Origin: an uncultured virus (IMG/VR IMGVR_UViG_3300021958_000021)
Lineage: Duplodnaviria; Heunggongvirae; Uroviricota; Caudoviricetes
DNA length: 60,733 nucleotides
IMG/VR virus record: IMGVR_UViG_3300021958_000021
Span: 124,001-184,733 of that record
Reading direction: 5' to 3' (one strand)
Shown here: positions 58,958 to 60,733 of the stretch, one piece after another
Numbering within the stretch: position 1 is the first letter of the stretch
How the letters are laid out: each line of letters starts with the position of its first letter
The notes under the pieces: model-generated
Databases searched by the model: none
Told to the model about the DNA's origin: nothing
Seen by the model: only the letters and a program-made list of their open reading frames with translations
Made by a program: the position numbers and the translations under genes

Positions 58958-59200
58958 TTAAAAACCCATAGAATCTAAGTATTCTTTTAATTGCTGCGCT
59001 CTATTTCTATCAACTTTAGGATGAGTAACTAATTCATCCATAAGCATAGATATTTTCTTTTTACTTTCATCTTCATTACCATATTTACCAGAGTTATATG
59101 CTTGATTAAACTTGGTTCTATTGCCCATTAATTTATCCATTTCAATAGTAATGTCGTTAAGCGACTTAAGATTAAACTTTAAAATATCTTTCCAACTCAT
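58958..59200 (-). CDS. Cassette protein, MSWKDILK tag
   Basis: 80 aa between junction repeats. Confidence 0.8.
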   Translation of the reverse strand: MSWKDILKFNLKSLNDITIEMDKLMGNRTKFNQAYNSGKYGNEDESKKKISMLMDELVTHPKVDRNRAQQLKEYLDSMGF

Positions 59201-59499
59201 TATAATCTCTCCTTCATCGCATACAAATCGTATAGATGGCGTTCAAAACCATTTTTCTCACGAAGTAATTTTTGTCCTTCTTCACTATTGTTATCAACGC
59301 TACTCAATCGTGTCTTTATGTCTTTAATATCGCCTTGATAAAATTTTATCATTTTTCTAAGATATGCGTTTAGTCCCATGCTCCTAGCAGTTTCTAACAT
59401 CAAATCCACATATTCTTTTCCTTGTATTGGTTCTATAAAACGCTCAAGTGAGGTTTTTAATTCAGCCAAATCATTTTTCAGTATATCTTCCCAACTCAT
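59200..59499 (-). CDS. Cassette protein, MSWEDILK tag
   Basis: 99 aa between junction repeats. Confidence 0.8.
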   Translation of the reverse strand: MSWEDILKNDLAELKTSLERFIEPIQGKEYVDLMLETARSMGLNAYLRKMIKFYQGDIKDIKTRLSSVDNNSEEGQKLLREKNGFERHLYDLYAMKERL

Positions 59500-59981
59500 G
59501 TTAATCTCTCCTGCATTTTTTTAGCGTGTTGTATTCTTTCTTCATTTGAGTAAAACTGAGCAGTAGTTTCCATCAATTGACTGAATTGTTCGGGTAAAGC
59601 ATAATTGACCCCATTACTCTCAAAGTCATCATAACCGATAAACTCTAGTTCTCCAATCAATTCATCTATTGCTTCCTTAACTTTTTTATCGGAAACCAAA
59701 GTATAGTCTAACTTACCCATACCCGCCATTGTGTATTCAGGGTCATCTTCCAAATCAATGTTTTCTTTAGTTTCTTTTGCTTGCTTTATTGTAGGTTTTC
59801 CTATATCTTTCATAGGTCTTTTTGCATTGACTCCGGAACCATAGACAGAATAAACTACGGCTTGATTAAAATAAGGAGTCCAATAGTTCGTATCTTCTTC
59901 TGATTGGCTTCCTTGATATAAAAAGGGAGTTTCTGTCCCGCCAATAGAATATGGAGATTTCAAGACAGTTTTCCAACTCAT
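59496..59981 (-). CDS. Cassette protein, MSWKTVLK tag
   Basis: 161 aa between junction repeats. Confidence 0.8.
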   Translation of the reverse strand: MSWKTVLKSPYSIGGTETPFLYQGSQSEEDTNYWTPYFNQAVVYSVYGSGVNAKRPMKDIGKPTIKQAKETKENIDLEDDPEYTMAGMGKLDYTLVSDKKVKEAIDELIGELEFIGYDDFESNGVNYALPEQFSQLMETTAQFYSNEERIQHAKKMQERLT

Positions 59982-59983
59982 TG

Positions 59984-60343
59984 TTATCTCTCCTCTAATT
60001 TTTTCTTATCTTCGTAGCCGCCAACCATAACAGGGTAAAACTGTATTTGGCCTTGAATACCCCGAATGAAATCCCTAAATCTCGTAATTTCATCGGGATA
60101 TTTTTCTTTATATTCTTGATACATTTTTCTTGGATTTTCTTCAAATCTTTCCGCTAATCCCAATAACTTTTGATAAATATAACTATCTTCTAATGGGAAA
60201 TTTTCTTCTTTTGCAAAACTTTTTGCTCTTTCTATTTGCATTCTAAAATAACTATTTGTTTCGCTAACATATCTTTTTTCATATTTAGCGTCTTGCTCGT
60301 CGGGACTCAATTTTTTTCTTTTTAAGATGATTTCCCAACTCAT
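59984..60343 (-). CDS. Cassette protein, MSWEIILK tag
   Basis: 119 aa between junction repeats. Confidence 0.8.
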   Translation of the reverse strand: MSWEIILKRKKLSPDEQDAKYEKRYVSETNSYFRMQIERAKSFAKEENFPLEDSYIYQKLLGLAERFEENPRKMYQEYKEKYPDEITRFRDFIRGIQGQIQFYPVMVGGYEDKKKLEER

Positions 60344-60360
60344 TGTTATCTCTCCTGCAT

Positions 60361-60597
60361 TTAATTATTTCCATACTTTAAATTAAGATGAACACTTTCT
60401 ACATATTTAGCGGCTTTATGTATGTCTAGCATTGGTGTCATAATTTGGTCTTTAACTTCACTAGGAACATTCTCATCTCTCAATACTTCCCTAAAGTCTT
60501 CATGTGCTTTATTTAATATCTTTAGAGCAGTTTCTAGGTTTTCTTCATCAGTTCCGAATTTTTCATTAAATTTTAATATTTCATCTTTCCAACTCAT
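60361..60597 (-). CDS. Cassette protein, MSWKDEILK tag
   Basis: Start placed at ATG 60597 inside the repeat rather than at 60633; 78 aa. Confidence 0.8.
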   Translation of the reverse strand: MSWKDEILKFNEKFGTDEENLETALKILNKAHEDFREVLRDENVPSEVKDQIMTPMLDIHKAAKYVESVHLNLKYGNN

Positions 60598-60613
60598 TGT
60601 AATTTCTCCTGCA

Positions 60614-60733
60614 TTAAAATCTTCCTTTAGCATGAAGTAAATCCTTTTTCTTTAATTCAAACCTTAGTGCTTCAAATGTATCTTTATCATATTTATCTTC
60701 TAAGGACTTGATATAAAATCTAATTAATTTTTT
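60614..60733 (-). CDS. 5'-truncated ORF at the window edge (probably the next cassette)
   Basis: Open frame KKLIRFYIKSLEDKYDKDTFEALRFELKKKDLLHAKGRF* ends just before the repeat. Confidence 0.6.
   Translation of the reverse strand, partial: KKLIRFYIKSLEDKYDKDTFEALRFELKKKDLLHAKGRF

Larger units (their letters stand above)
58937..60610 (-). repeat. Six dispersed 22-bp gene-junction repeats, consensus AGGAGAGATWAHMATGAGTTGG
   Basis: Copies at 58937-58958, 59192-59213, 59491-59512, 59973-59994, 60335-60356 and 60589-60610; each covers RBS + ATG AGT TGG. Confidence 0.92.
1..60733. mobile_element. Fragment of an archaeal tailed virus genome (Caudoviricetes, Magrovirus-like)
   Basis: TerL, portal, HK97-type protease, MCP and tail genes occur together with archaeal-type replication genes (RFC, PCNA-like, PolB, PriS/L, MCM-like, ERCC4). 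GGTGA/GGAGG SD motifs are frequent and no cellular housekeeping genes are seen. Host assignment is inference. Confidence 0.9.

Noticed and set aside
58937..60610. 22-bp repeats as a CRISPR array
   Set aside because: Spacers are about 230-460 bp, variable and protein-coding. The repeats are non-palindromic RBS/start sequences and there is no cas operon.
1..60733. Integrated provirus with att sites or integrase
   Set aside because: No recombinase, host genes or boundaries are visible in the window.

Overview
This 60.7 kb window is an AT-rich, gene-dense fragment of a tailed (HK97-fold) dsDNA virus of Archaea. Its gene content best matches Magroviruses of Marine Group II/Poseidoniales, which is an inference from gene content and not a database result. 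There are two convergent blocks. The + strand (1-14.6 kb) is an archaeal-type replication module: RFC subunits, RPA-like SSB, RecA-fold ATPase, ParB-like protein, probable PCNA, a two-gene split PolB, Cas4-like nuclease, fused PriS-PriL primase, ERCC4 nuclease, MCM-like helicase and DnaQ-like exonuclease. The - strand (14.7-60.7 kb) is a morphogenesis module: TerL, portal, DNA ligase, protease-scaffold, MCP, neck, tail tube, a frameshifted tail chaperone, tape measure and tail tip proteins. A 14-bp hairpin separates the blocks. Four observations stand out. (1) At least 12 otherwise unrelated late-region proteins begin with an M-(S/T/D)-W-x-x-(I/V)-L-K-like peptide. It resembles the scaffold C-terminal motif MDWSDIHK and ends in the same ILK that flanks the protease domain, suggesting a cleavable capsid cargo-loading tag. 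(2) Six of these genes form a cassette array delimited by a 22-bp repeat covering the RBS, start codon and first codons. (3) An Arf/Sar-like small GTPase with all five G motifs sits in a membrane-protein cluster. (4) A clean A_AAA_AAC -1 frameshift in the tail chaperone is missed by the ORF track. No tRNA, rRNA, CRISPR array or integrase was recognised.
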